From assembly GCF_001194135.2 (NCBI RefSeq), contig NC_068999.1, forward strand, positions 50,640,447-50,704,446: 64,000 nucleotides of DNA, in the 5' to 3' direction. Each line of letters opens with the position of its first letter. Positions within the stretch are counted from its first letter, which is position 1. Origin of the DNA: Octopus bimaculoides (lineage: Eukaryota). The position numbers and the translations under genes are program-made. Positions 12,380-24,503 of the stretch are shown here, one piece after another. Under the pieces are notes generated by a model that was not told where the DNA came from, searched no databases, and saw only the letters and a list, made by a program, of their open reading frames with translations.

Positions 12380-12540
12380 CATAAGGCCTGAAATTTTGGA
12401 GGCGAAAGCTGGTCGATTATATCAACCCTAGTGGGGTAAAAAGCAAAGTTGGGACCGAGTTGATTCGAACTAGGATAATGAAAAGACAGTAGAAATGCCG
12501 CTAAACCTTTTGTTCGATGCGTTAAAGATTTTGCGAGCAC
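12380..12540 (-). mobile_element. Family B SINE, degenerate
   Basis: AAGGCCTGAAATTTTGGAGG...AAAGCAAAGT...GAAATGCCGCTAA. Confidence 0.6.
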
Positions 12541-12813
12541 GGATAAGACACGTCATAAATTTTAGTTTGTTGCTATGTTCATTCACATAGCCGGATGTGA
12601 ACGCAGCAAGGCAACAGAAGATCAATCATAGCTAGACTGCATTTAGAGTGGTGCTTTAGCAGACGTGTCCATTCTCCTTCGCTATCAGATAGGTTTATAG
12701 ATAAACACTAACCTCATGAGACACAGATGACTATTGGATAAGAAGAATGAATAATGTGAATGAAATGAAGTTTTGTGAAATAGGCGGTTTCTTATGTATA
12801 TTCCTAATACATA

Positions 12814-13210
12814 GGCGCAGGAGTGGCTGTGTGGTAAGTAGCTTGCTTATCAACCACATGGTTCTGGGTTCAGTCCCACTCCGTGGCACCTTGGGCAAGT
12901 GTCTTCTACTATGGCATCGGGCCTACCAAAGCCTTATGAGTAGATTTGGTAGACGGAAACTGAAAGAAACCTGTCGTATATATGTATATATATATGTATG
13001 TGTGTTTGTGTGTCTGTGTTTGTCCCCTACCATCGCTTGACAACCGATGCTGGTGTATTTACGTCCTTGTAACTTAGCGGTTCGGCAAAAGGAGACCGAT
13101 AGAATAAGTACTAGGCTTACAAAGAATAAAGTCTTGGGGTCGATTTGCTCGACTAAAGGCGGTGCTCCAGCATGGCCGCAGTCAAATGACTGAAACAAGT
13201 AAAAGAGAGA
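12814..13210 (+). mobile_element. Full-length tRNA-derived CORE-like SINE (family A)
   Basis: Head GGCGCAGGAGTGGCTGTGTGG (A-box), GGGTTCAGTCCC (B-box), CORE-like ACCTTGGGCAAGTGTCTT, internal (TA)n(TG)n, 3' CATGGCCGCAGTCAAATGACTGAAACAAGTAAAAGAG. Many copies in the window. Confidence 0.85.
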
Positions 13211-14022
13211 AAGAGAGTAAAGAGATTATTAATTAATTTGATTATCTGAGGTTACAAAATGCCTCAACCCGATAGATTCCATCATGGTACATGCATGCAT
13301 GAAAGCATACATATTTGTGTGCATACATGTATACGTCAATATATGCATGTTTGTGTGGCCCCGTTTTCGTTGCCTTTTTGTTTTTAGTTCCAGTTCGTAT
13401 CTACTTATACAAGCTGTAAACCAATGATGAAAATTCATTACTGTCGGGAACATTCCATTTCTAAAATACAATAGGCAGTGTGGTCTGCTGTCCATAACAT
13501 AGAGGAGATTAACTATTGCTGGTTGTTTGCTTTCTAGTACAAAATATGAGGCTAATATGGTTAGTGATGTGACAACAATTTCTCCGCGTTTGTGCTTCGT
13601 ACGATCTACAAACAATTTGAAAACTGTGCATTCAAAATGGCTGCTGTCCGAATAATGCGGTCACTAAAGAATAATTGAATATATACGTACATACATACTC
13701 AGCTAATCACACACACACACACACACACACACGGGCACACACACATACGCACACAAACACAGAAAGCTAAAATAGAGAATAAAAACTAAATTGAAATTGT
13801 CAACATCCACTATATATACAACTATACATATATGCATATATGTGTATGCGCGTGTGTATGCATGTGTGTGTGTGTGCGTGTACACCCACACAAAACATGC
13901 ACTAATTGATCACCCTGTATGAAACTTAATATTGGCAGCAATACACACATTTTAAAGATAGCATTTACACGTATAAATGTGTACACACATATATAATATA
14001 TGAATACAAGCACGTATGTATG

Positions 14023-14054
<32 letters not shown>

Positions 14055-14985
14055 CATGCGCGTATGTGTATATGCGTGCGTAAGTGTGTGTGTGTAAATA
14101 TATAGGTGTGTATAGATGTGTGAGTGTGTGTGTGTGTGTGCGTGTTTGAGTGAGTCAGTGCGTATGCAAACGTGTGGATTTATGGCACACTTCCATTCGA
14201 TAAGAGAATGGCATACCAATAGATATGGTTATCTTATCTTCACTATAACGGTGTTCGTTTCCAGTGAGGCACGCTTTCATATAGTGTCAGCTGATTACGT
14301 TGAGAACAGACCTCGACAAAGCACCGTAATTGATATAGCTTTTGAGCAAAAAACAAAACAAAAAGAAGAAACACGTTGCCAAAGAAATGGGAGAGTGATT
14401 CAGTCAACAGACACGGCTGCAGGTTTTCACACACACATACACACACGCGCTGATTACAGTATCTATGATTACATGTATACATGACACACGTTTATAAACA
14501 CGCACAGGCACGTTAGCGTTTACACTCACTCAGATACACATATATATCTACAATTATACCGTTTTCTTGCACAATGCGTAGTCGAAAATAATGAGATCTC
14601 CCTCAATTTTTCTGCCTAGAACTTAGTTATATATTTTATCACCTGATTTATTTTTTATATTTACCATTGAGTAAAATGCTATTTTCTAATTTTGAGCATA
14701 AACTGAAATATTAGATAATTTCTCCTTTTATATACGAGTAAATGTAGGATATACATAAGTGTATATATAGCTTCGGGCTGAGCAAAGTCTTGTGAATGGG
14801 TTTGGTAGACAAAAACTGAAAAGAGACCGTCGTTTTTCTTTCTCTCTTTTGATATTTTGCATGTAGAATGCCAAAAACAGTATTTCGGTGTAGGTATGTA
14901 ATGTGGAAAATCAAAGTTTTATCGAGCTGAAGTTTTTATTTTACTTGCAAGAGGAGACACGTAGGCTACTATATATAAAAAAAAA

Positions 14986-15314
14986 GACCCCCTTCGGTCA
15001 TAAATGACCATAAGATTGCACCTAGAAAGTTACCTTCTAAGGCACAAGTCCGGACAAGTTTATGGAAGACCAGCAGTTACCCATACATACCAGTCTCTCC
15101 TCTCCGCGCCACCGATGATATACAAGAGAAAGCCAAAGGCCGATGCAGTTTGGTACCACTGACGTCGCAAATCATTACTACAGCTTAGTGATCTGGAGCA
15201 ACATGAAATAAAGTGTCTTGCTCAAGAACGCAACACACCGCCCAGTCTGGCAATCGAAATCACTACCTTATAATTGTGGGCCGGATACTCTGAACACTGA
15301 ACCATGTGTCTTCA
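14986..15314 (-). mobile_element. Full-length tRNA-headed CORE-like SINE (tail type 1)
   Basis: Minus strand: head TGAAGACACATGGTTCAGTG with A/B-box-like motifs, body TCTTGAGCAAGACACTTTATTTCATGTTGCTCCAG, distinct 3' tail ending GACCGAAGGGGGTC. Confidence 0.7.
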
Positions 15315-15684
15315 GAAATGTTACTATTACTGAGTGATATTAACGCGATGTTGTTTATAATATATGTAACATTCAGCAATGTACAGCAGGTAATGGCGTG
15401 TTGAAACAACTGTATTGAAATGTGTGCGTGTATGTGTTTGAGTGTACGTGTGTGCGTGTATGTATATGTGAGTGTGTGTGTATCTCTTTGTGTCTGTATA
15501 TGTCACCTCAACACTGCTTGACAACCGGTGTTGCGGTATTGGTGTGTTGGCTTAAAAACGTCAAGTACTAGGGACAATTCGTTCGACTTAAAATGGTCGC
15601 ATTCAAACAACACAAGCAAGTAAATAATATACGTCAAAATTTGTGTTTATACCCCTAGTTCTGTATTATTCAACGGCTGTACAG

Positions 15685-15724
<40 letters not shown>

Positions 15725-15734
15725 NNNNNNNNNN

Positions 15735-15777
<43 letters not shown>

Positions 15778-16700
15778 TTATTCACATCACAAGTCTCTGT
15801 TCACGTCTGAGATATAGTAGAAGACAATTGTTGAAGGTAGCTGGCGATGACACTGAACTCAAATCCACATCACATGCTCGGCAAGCGTCTTTACACGATG
15901 TCAGTGCCTTCGTACGCTACAGAATCAGATATTTTAATTACTTCGTACAACAGAATAGAATTGCATTTAATTTCTTAGTATATTTTTTATGGCAGGAAGC
16001 AGAATCTAGGTTACTTATTGACATTCCGTAACCTGTAGATAGAATTGTCTGTACAGCAGACTTGTATTGTGTACACTGATATAATTTTCTAATATATTAT
16101 CCTTCATACACATATTTTTCAAAAACTAATAGACCAACCGTTTGACAATTAGTTATCAACCAATATTAGATGGAACTAGGCGTTCCATATTTAAACCATC
16201 CAGACAGTCCGACATTTTATAAAATTTTCGCTTTGGAAAGACGGGTTCAACCTGGCTGTTTTGTTTTAGTTATAGAATGGGAGAAAACAAAGAATTTAAA
16301 CGTTGCCATTAGCAAACCCAATGAGAGATATACAGATATACAAGTGCAATATTATGTACGTCTATACAAACACATTCGCACATACGTACACACGCACACA
16401 GTCAGACACATACATATAACTGTTTTCGTGTAATGATACATGTATTCGTTCTGTCATACACACGAATTCACTGAGAAAACTACCAGATCATGTGATGAGA
16501 ATGTACAAGACACACGCATAAATTCATATGCAAGAAAAAGAAAGAAAAAAAGCACAGAAACAAATAATAAGAAAAACAAGCCAAACAAAATCTTTCTGCT
16601 GTCAGAATTCTAACAAAAGAGCCTGGTTACTTTCAATGTGAACGATTCTTGTTCATTTTTGTAAAGGGAAAAAAATTTTCGATGAATATTATTAAGAAAA

Positions 16701-16750
<50 letters not shown>

Positions 16751-17375
16751 CATATCCATACATACAGACAGGCAGACAGACGTATACAAAAGCTAAGTTT
16801 GAATTAATAAATGAAAAAAGCATTAGAAACAACAGATATCAGAAATATTGATTGCGTGCTAGTAAAGTTAATTATAACTAGGAAAAATTCCTAGCTCTTA
16901 CTGATTCTAGCGGCAAAAAGCCATTTTTACTTTTGATCAATACGTTAATACATTTATATGAGAATCACTGACAGACATTTCAAAGTGATTTCTTGACATA
17001 GATTCCTTTTTAGAATTTACCATTGCGTCTTTATCAATAGAATTCTCCTCATATGCAAATTATGCTTAGGGTCAGAGAGGTAGATAAGGGTGTGTGTGAG
17101 TGGGTGTGTGTGTATATATATACTAACATATTTAATTATGTATATACATTCATGTATATATGAATGTGCGTGTATTTATTAGCGTATATATGCGTATATA
17201 TATGCATATATGTTTGCATTTATGTGTGTGTGATATGTGTGTGCATGTGATGTGTGTGTGTGATCTGTGTGTGTGTCTTTAAGTACGAGCTCATAGAATC
17301 AATGGATTGATATGTGATTGTGTATATTCTTCTGTTTGTATTTGTATTCCAATACGTGTGCATATATGTGTGCAA

Positions 17376-17437
<62 letters not shown>

Positions 17438-17776
17438 TTATCTGCGTACGTTTGTATGTGATATATATATACATATATAAAACTCCCGATTATATCGCTC
17501 TTTAAGACATAAGTAGTCGTATATTAAAAGCGTCGTACACAAGACACGCCGTCACTCACATATATAAATGCGCGTGTACACCTACACATGTTTGCGTGTG
17601 TATATTAGAGATAGATTTGTGCCAGTGTGTTGTATCCGTAATTGATGTTTATTGTTTTCCCAATGGCAAACATCCATTGAAATTATTGTTAGCTCCAGTT
17701 TCAATATTGGTGAGGAATAACTCACCCCTGGTTAAAATGCTGGTTGATAAAATATTGTTTGTAAAAGAAAAATGAA

Positions 17777-18010
17777 TTTCACTTCACGTTGCTCCTGTCC
17801 ACTCAGCTAGCAAAAGTGAGTAGTATCTATATTTCAGAGGTCCCGGCTTATCACATTCTGTGTCACGCTGAATCCCCCTGAGAACTACGTTAAGGGCACG
17901 CATATCTGTGGAGTGCTCAGCCCCTTTGCACGTTAATTTCACAAGCACGCTGTTCCTTTGATTGGATCAACTCTTTGTCGTAACCGACGGAGTACCAGTT
18001 AAACAACAAT
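17777..18010 (+). mobile_element. CORE-like SINE body with tail type 2
   Basis: TTCACGTTGCTCCTGTCCACTCAGCT...GTGGAGTGCTCAGCC...CCGACGGAGTACCAG; tail shared with 4078-4330. Confidence 0.7.
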
Positions 18011-18251
18011 GACTGCACAATCTGTGACATAAAAGTATTCGAACTTTGGGAACCGAATAGTTTCACCATTGATATATCTTAGGGTACAATAAATCATTTT
18101 AGACAACCGATATCGATGTATTGATGTTATCAGCAATAACGGTTTTATACATACAGAAAACGAAATTTCTGTTCTCCCTCTGTGTGACTTACTGCTATCA
18201 CCATGTGTCACATATATATAAATGTGAAACAAGATCCCCAATAGTTGTGTG

Positions 18252-18286
<35 letters not shown>

Positions 18287-18991
18287 GCATGAAAAAAGAG
18301 AAGGAGAAAAAGAGAGTGTTTATTCATAAACACAGTAATCCACAATATAAAGAAAGTAAGCAGTACAGCTTAATGTTAATAATTATGCATTTATATAGTT
18401 AAAGCTTACGCCTCTTAAGTTCTTGATTTCCGAATAAACTTCAAAATTAATATATTTTTGATGAAGTTCATTAAATATGTGAGTACGTGTGTGCTTGCGT
18501 GCGTGTGCGCGTGGTGTGTGCATATTTATACATATACGTGTATGTGCATGTATATGTGTAAAGAGTGAACTTTGTTGGTGTGCGTGCGTTTTCGTTTATT
18601 TATATACAGTAGGTGATATTAAATTTCTATTGATCGAATCTATCTTAATTAGAAATAGAAAGTTCTAAGGTGATATAGATTATCGAACCGTGTAGGTTCT
18701 GATTGGCTAACAGACAGCCAATCTTAACACTTAATGGTAATGTGTCTCACTCGCCTACGCTACCGTTCTGTGAATCATTAAATAAAGATTCATTTTGCTT
18801 TACTATTTTGTGTTTGTTCAAACGAAAGATAGGATACAGTATCCAATAAAAATGATTTGATCTGGGTGAATTTTCGCATATACCTAACGGTGTGTGTGTG
18901 CATGTATTCATGCATGCATTCATATACGTATGCATGTATGTATGCACGTGTGTATGCGTTTATGGATGTATTTACACATGTGTGTGTGTGC

Positions 18992-19045
<54 letters not shown>

Positions 19046-19417
19046 NNNNNNNNNNNNNNNNNNNNNNNNNNNNNNNNNNNNNNNNNNNNNNNNNNNNNNN
19101 NNNNNNNNNNNNNNNNNNNNNNNNNNNNNNNNNNNNNNNNNNNNNNNNNNNNNNNNNNNNNNNNNNNNNNNNNNNNNNNNNNNNNNNNNNNNNNNNNNNN
19201 NNNNNNNNNNNNNNNNNNNNNNNNNNNNNNNNNNNNNNNNNNNNNNNNNNNNNNNNNNNNNNNNNNNNNNNNNNNNNNNNNNNNNNNNNNNNNNNNNNNN
19301 NNNNNNNNNNNNNNNNNNNNNNNNNNNNNNNNNNNNNNNNNNNNNNNNNNNNNNNNNNNNNNNNNNNNNNNNNNNNNNNNNNNNNNNNNNNNNNNNNNNN
19401 NNNNNNNNNNNNNNNNN

Positions 19418-19458
<41 letters not shown>

Positions 19459-19462
19459 ACAC

Positions 19463-19496
<34 letters not shown>

Positions 19497-20177
19497 ATAT
19501 ATATATATATATAAATATACATATATATCTACGTGTATGTGTGTGTGTGCATGTGTATGTGTGTGTGTGTGTGTGTGTGTACGTGTATGTGTGTGCATGT
19601 GTATTTATATAGTGTTAAAAATTTCATTTTCAGAAAGTCAACTAAAACTTATGCAATAATACAGTATCGTTTATAATTGTTTATAAATGGTGCAGATATA
19701 ATAATTCGGTAAATTATGAAATAAACATTTGAAGCTGATACGAAAAAGTGCGGTTATAACTTTTCAAATGAAATGGAATCTGTTGGATAATAAAAATTGA
19801 CTGTTGAGAAGAAAGAAAAAAAAATATATATATAAGCATAAAAAATGTTCAAAATAATAATAGGTAAATAAAACTAAATGTGCCCCCAGCATGGTCACAG
19901 CTAATGAGCTGAAACAAATAAAAGATAAAAGGTAAGACATACGAAATTCGCTTTTCACAATGGTAATAGATATTAAAATTTCACCATTTATTAATATTGT
20001 ATCATTTCAAAAGTTCATATTTGTCTGCTGAGCGTTTACGTGAAACTCTGAATAAGAGTTTACGAAGTACAAAATTTTCCAGCTTTAGTAAAAGTGTTAT
20101 ATTTTATTCTATATTAGGTATTCGCATACTATTTTCTCTAATTTATTTAACACCCATGCACACTATGCAGACAGGTA

Positions 20178-20248
<71 letters not shown>

Positions 20249-20584
20249 NNNNNNNNNNNNNNNNNNNNNNNNNNNNNNNNNNNNNNNNNNNNNNNNNNNN
20301 NNNNNNNNNNNNNNNNNNNNNNNNNNNNNNNNNNNNNNNNNNNNNNNNNNNNNNNNNNNNNNNNNNNNNNNNNNNNNNNNNNNNNNNNNNNNNNNNNNNN
20401 NNNNNNNNNNNNNNNNNNNNNNNNNNNNNNNNNNNNNNNNNNNNNNNNNNNNNNNNNNNNNNNNNNNNNNNNNNNNNNNNNNNNNNNNNNNNNNNNNNNN
20501 NNNNNNNNNNNNNNNNNNNNNNNNNNNNNNNNNNNNNNNNNNNNNNNNNNNNNNNNNNNNNNNATATATATATATATATATATA

Positions 20585-20710
20585 TACGATTGGCTTTTTT
20601 CAGTTTCCGTGGTTATGGGAGAAGATACAGGCTCAAGGAGTCATGTAGTGGGATTGAACCCAGAATCATGAGGTTCGGAAGTAGGCTTCTTACTACACAC
20701 CCACGCCTGC
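20585..20710 (-). mobile_element. Family A SINE 5' part, degenerate
   Basis: TTTCAGTTTCCGT...GTGGGATTGAACCCAGAATCATG...CCACGCCTGCAC. Confidence 0.6.
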
Positions 20711-21242
20711 ACGTATGTATGTATGTATATATGTATGTATATGAATATATTCTAGCCATGCTTATCTGAGTATCACATTGATTTTGCATTTTTTGTAAAT
20801 ATATGTGGTTGTTTGTAAATAATCATAACGTAATTAGAAGCAAGCAAAGGCAAACTAATTGGTGAAATAAATAAACAAAAAGAAAAAAATATATCAAAAG
20901 AGTGAATAGATAACAATGGAATACAAACTGGAAATTAACAACGTTGAAGAAGAGTCGCTAGATAAGGACAAAATCAGAGAAATGGATAAAAAGTGAAAGA
21001 AAGCGAAAAAGAACGAGATAAAGTACAAAACAGAAGAAGCGAGATTCCAAAGTATGCTGATAAAAATAATGAATAGAAGAACCGTTCAATGGTCCTTCTA
21101 TCTTAAGACTTGATGGAGCAGTTAGTCTGAATGAAAGCATGGAGACAAAGAAACCTTTTAGACTAGAGAGAGAAGCAGAAGGCCTTGTTTTAGCATCAAA
21201 AGCTTAATGCTTAGTCACAAGCAGCTATAAATTAAATTTACT

Positions 21243-21530
21243 CTTTTATTCTTTTACAGGTTTCAGTCATTTGACTTCGGCCATGCTGGAGTACCGCTTT
21301 CAAGTGTTTTAGTTGAGGAAATCGACTCCAAGAATTATTCTTTGTAAGCCTAGTACTACTGACAGGTGTAAGCCTATTACTTATAGGATGTAAGCCTATT
21401 AGGGTGTAAGCCTATTACTTACTCTGTCGGGTCACTTTTGCCGAACCGCTAAGTTACGGGGAAGTAAACGCACCAACACAGGATGTCAAGCGGCGATGGG
21501 GGGCAAAGACAGACACTAAAACAGACACAC
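21243..21530 (-). mobile_element. Family A SINE 3' half with internal iterated 13-15-mer
   Basis: TTTCAGTCATTTGACTTCGGCCATGCTGGAG...TTTTGCCGAACCGCTAAGTTACGGGG; TGTAAGCCTA(G/T)TA x4. Confidence 0.8.
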
Positions 21531-21731
21531 ATTAACCATCAGGAATATGCTTATGTAAACTAAAAATGATAGAAACACAGCACCTAGTTATTATCATTAC
21601 AATATTTTTTTCTCAGATCTATTCCAATTTAGAGTTACAAAGAAACACTGACAGCCTAGAATGCATATTTAAAAATCCTTGGAAGTGTTATGCAACTCCA
21701 AAGAAATACGGAAATAAAGATTAGACAAGAA

Positions 21732-21812
21732 AGAGAAAGAAAGAGAAACTAGGAAAGCTTCTGACAATGCACCCCGTCGTCAGAAGCTTTCCTAGTTTCT
21801 CTCTTTTTTTTT
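21732..21812 (+). ncRNA. Candidate pri-miRNA / shRNA-like hairpin
   Basis: Perfect 24-bp inverted repeat 21742-21765 / 21779-21802 with a 13-nt loop. One mismatch, then 9 further A-U/G-U pairs on the + strand. No expression evidence. Confidence 0.35.
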
Positions 21813-21938
21813 CCTACTTCGATATTGCCATGCTTCAAGCGAATTACAACGCTCTCAAAGATTAGAGAATTTAGGCACTGAAGGCTGAAAAAATAGTGCC
21901 CTGTAGAAACAGATATATTGCGATTGTTAACAAAAGAG

Positions 21939-21996
<58 letters not shown>

Positions 21997-22981
21997 NNNN
22001 NNNNNNNNNNNNNNNNNNNNNNNNNNNNNNNNNNNNNNNNNNNNNNNNNNNNNNNNNNNNNNNNNNNNNNNNNNNNNNNNNNNNNNNNNNNNNNNNNNNN
22101 NNNNNNNNNNNNNNNNNNNNNNNNNNNNNNNNNNNNNNNNNNNNNNNNNNNNNNNNNNNNNNNNNNNNNNNNNNNNNNNNNNNNNNNNNNNNNNNNNNNN
22201 NNNNNNNNNNNNNNNNNNNNNNNNNNNNNNNNNNNNNNNNNNNNNNNNNNNNNNNNNNNNNNNNNNNNNNNNNNNNNNNNNNNNNNNNNNNNNNNNNNNN
22301 NNNNNNNNNNNNNNNNNNNNNNNNNNNNNNNNNNNNNNNNNNNNNNNNNNNNNNNNNNNNNNNNNNNNNNNNNNNNNNNNNNNNNNNNNNNNNNNNNNNN
22401 NNNNNNNNNNNNNNNNNNNNNNNNNNNNNNNNNNNNNNNNNNNNNNNNNNNNNNNNNNNNNNNNNNNNNNNNNNNNNNNNNNNNNNNNNNNNNNNNNNNN
22501 NNNNNNNNNNNNNNNNNNNNNNNNNNNNNNNNNNNNNNNNNNNNNNNNNNNNNNNNNNNNNNNNNNNNNNNNNNNNNNNNNNNNNNNNNNNNNNNNNNNN
22601 NNNNNNNNNNNNNNNNNNNNNNNNNNNNNNNNNNNNNNNNNNNNNNNNNNNNNNNNNNNNNNNNNNNNNNNNNNNNNNNNNNNNNNNNNNNNATATATAT
22701 ATAAGATCAAATAAAAATTGAGACTTGTGAAGAAGATTTTCCTTTTACCGAGTGTGGTAAATATATGTACGTGATACGACAGCGAATTATCGCTGTTTCG
22801 TGAATTTTTAGATCCTCATCAATCCCATATCTTACGATAATTTCTTAATGCAAAGATGTTTGGACATCACAATGTGAAGCTAGTTTTGACTGGTTCTCAA
22901 GTGACAACCAATGGCTTATTCATCTTGTGTAGTTAAGGCGTCTGGCGAAGCTGAAAGTAGCATTCCCAGCTATCTATCTAC

Positions 22982-23047
<66 letters not shown>

Positions 23048-24025
23048 GATTGTCAGTTTGTCTGTCTATGTATACATGCATGTATGTATCTCTCTATCTA
23101 TCTGTAAGTCAGTGCGTGTGTCTATATATCTATCAAAGATCGGTTAAAGAATGAATGAGAGTAGAGTAGGTAAGAGAGAGCAATAGAGNNNNNNNNNNNN
23201 NNNNNNNNNNNNNNNNNNNNNNNNNNNNNNNNNNNNNNNNNNNNNNNNNNNNNNNNNNNNNNNNNNNNNNNNNNNNNNNNNNNNNNNNNNNNNNNNNNNN
23301 NNNNNNNNNNNNNNNNNNNNNNNNNNNNNNNNNNNNNNNNNNNNNNNNNNNNNNNNNNNNNNNNNNNNNNNNNNNNNNNNNNNNNNNNNNNNNNNNNNNN
23401 NNNNNNNNNNNNNNNNNNNNNNNNNNNNNNNNNNNNNNNNNNNNNNNNNNNNNNNNNNNNNNNNNNNNNNNNNNNNNNNNNNNNNNNNNNNNNNNNNNNN
23501 NNNNNNNNNNNNNNNNNNNNNNNNNNNNNNNNNNNNNNNNNNNNNNNNNNNNNNNNNNNNNNNNNNNNNNNNNNNNNNNNNNNNNNNNNNNNNNNNNNNN
23601 NNNNNNNNNNNNNNNNNNNNNNNNNNNNNNNNNNNNNNNNNNNNNNNNNNNNNNNNNNNNNNNNNNNNNNNNNNNNNNNNNNNNNNNNNNNNNNNNNNNN
23701 NNNNNNNNNNNNNNNNNNNNNNNNNNNNNNNNNNNNNNNNNNNNNNNNNNNNNNNNNNNNNNNNNNNNNNNNNNNNNNNNNNNNNNNNNNNNNNNNNNNN
23801 NNNNNNNNNNNNNNNNNNNNNNNNNNNNNNNNNNNNNNNNNNNNNNNNNNNNNNNNNNNNNNNNNNNNNNNNNNNNNNNNNNNNNNNNNNNNNNNNNNNN
23901 NNNNNNNNNNNNNNNNNNNNNNNNNNNNNNNNNNNNNNNNNNNNNNNNNNNNNNNNNNNNNNNNNNNNNNNNNNNNNNNNNNNNNNNNNNNNNNNNNNNN
24001 NNNNNNNNNNNNNNNNNNNNNNNNG

Positions 24026-24205
24026 GTGGTGGTGGTGGTGGTGATGGTGGTGGTGGTGGTGGTGGTGGTGATGGTGGTAGTGTTTTGTTTTCAGAATACA
24101 ATAAATTTGTCATTTTTGTTTTTTTTTGTTTTAGATATTTGTGTGTAAATGATATGTGCAATACGATTTACTATTGGCTTCCGTTTACGTTATATACATA
24201 GACAG

Positions 24206-24247
<42 letters not shown>

Positions 24248-24258
24248 TTATCTATCTG

Positions 24259-24348
<90 letters not shown>

Positions 24349-24503
24349 ACATATATATACACATAAATACATATATATGTATATATATATGTATATAGAT
24401 ATATATATATACACATGTATATACATACATACATACATACATACATACATACATACATACATACATACATACATACATACATACGTACATACATACATAC
24501 ATA
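24026..24503. repeat. (GGT)n, then (CTAT)n(CA)n(TA)n(CATA)n compound microsatellites
   Basis: Directly visible. Confidence 0.9.

Noticed and set aside
12814-12890. tRNA-like sequences at SINE heads
   Set aside because: A/B boxes are present but there is no complete cloverleaf; these are SINE heads, not tRNA genes.
13463-13490. AGGCAGTGTGGTCTGCTG, resembling miR-34
   Set aside because: Diverges after 11 nt and no complementary arm was found.
21343-21419. CRISPR-like repeat-spacer appearance
   Set aside because: Repeats of 13-15 nt with 3-9 nt spacers, inside a SINE in eukaryotic DNA, with no cas genes.
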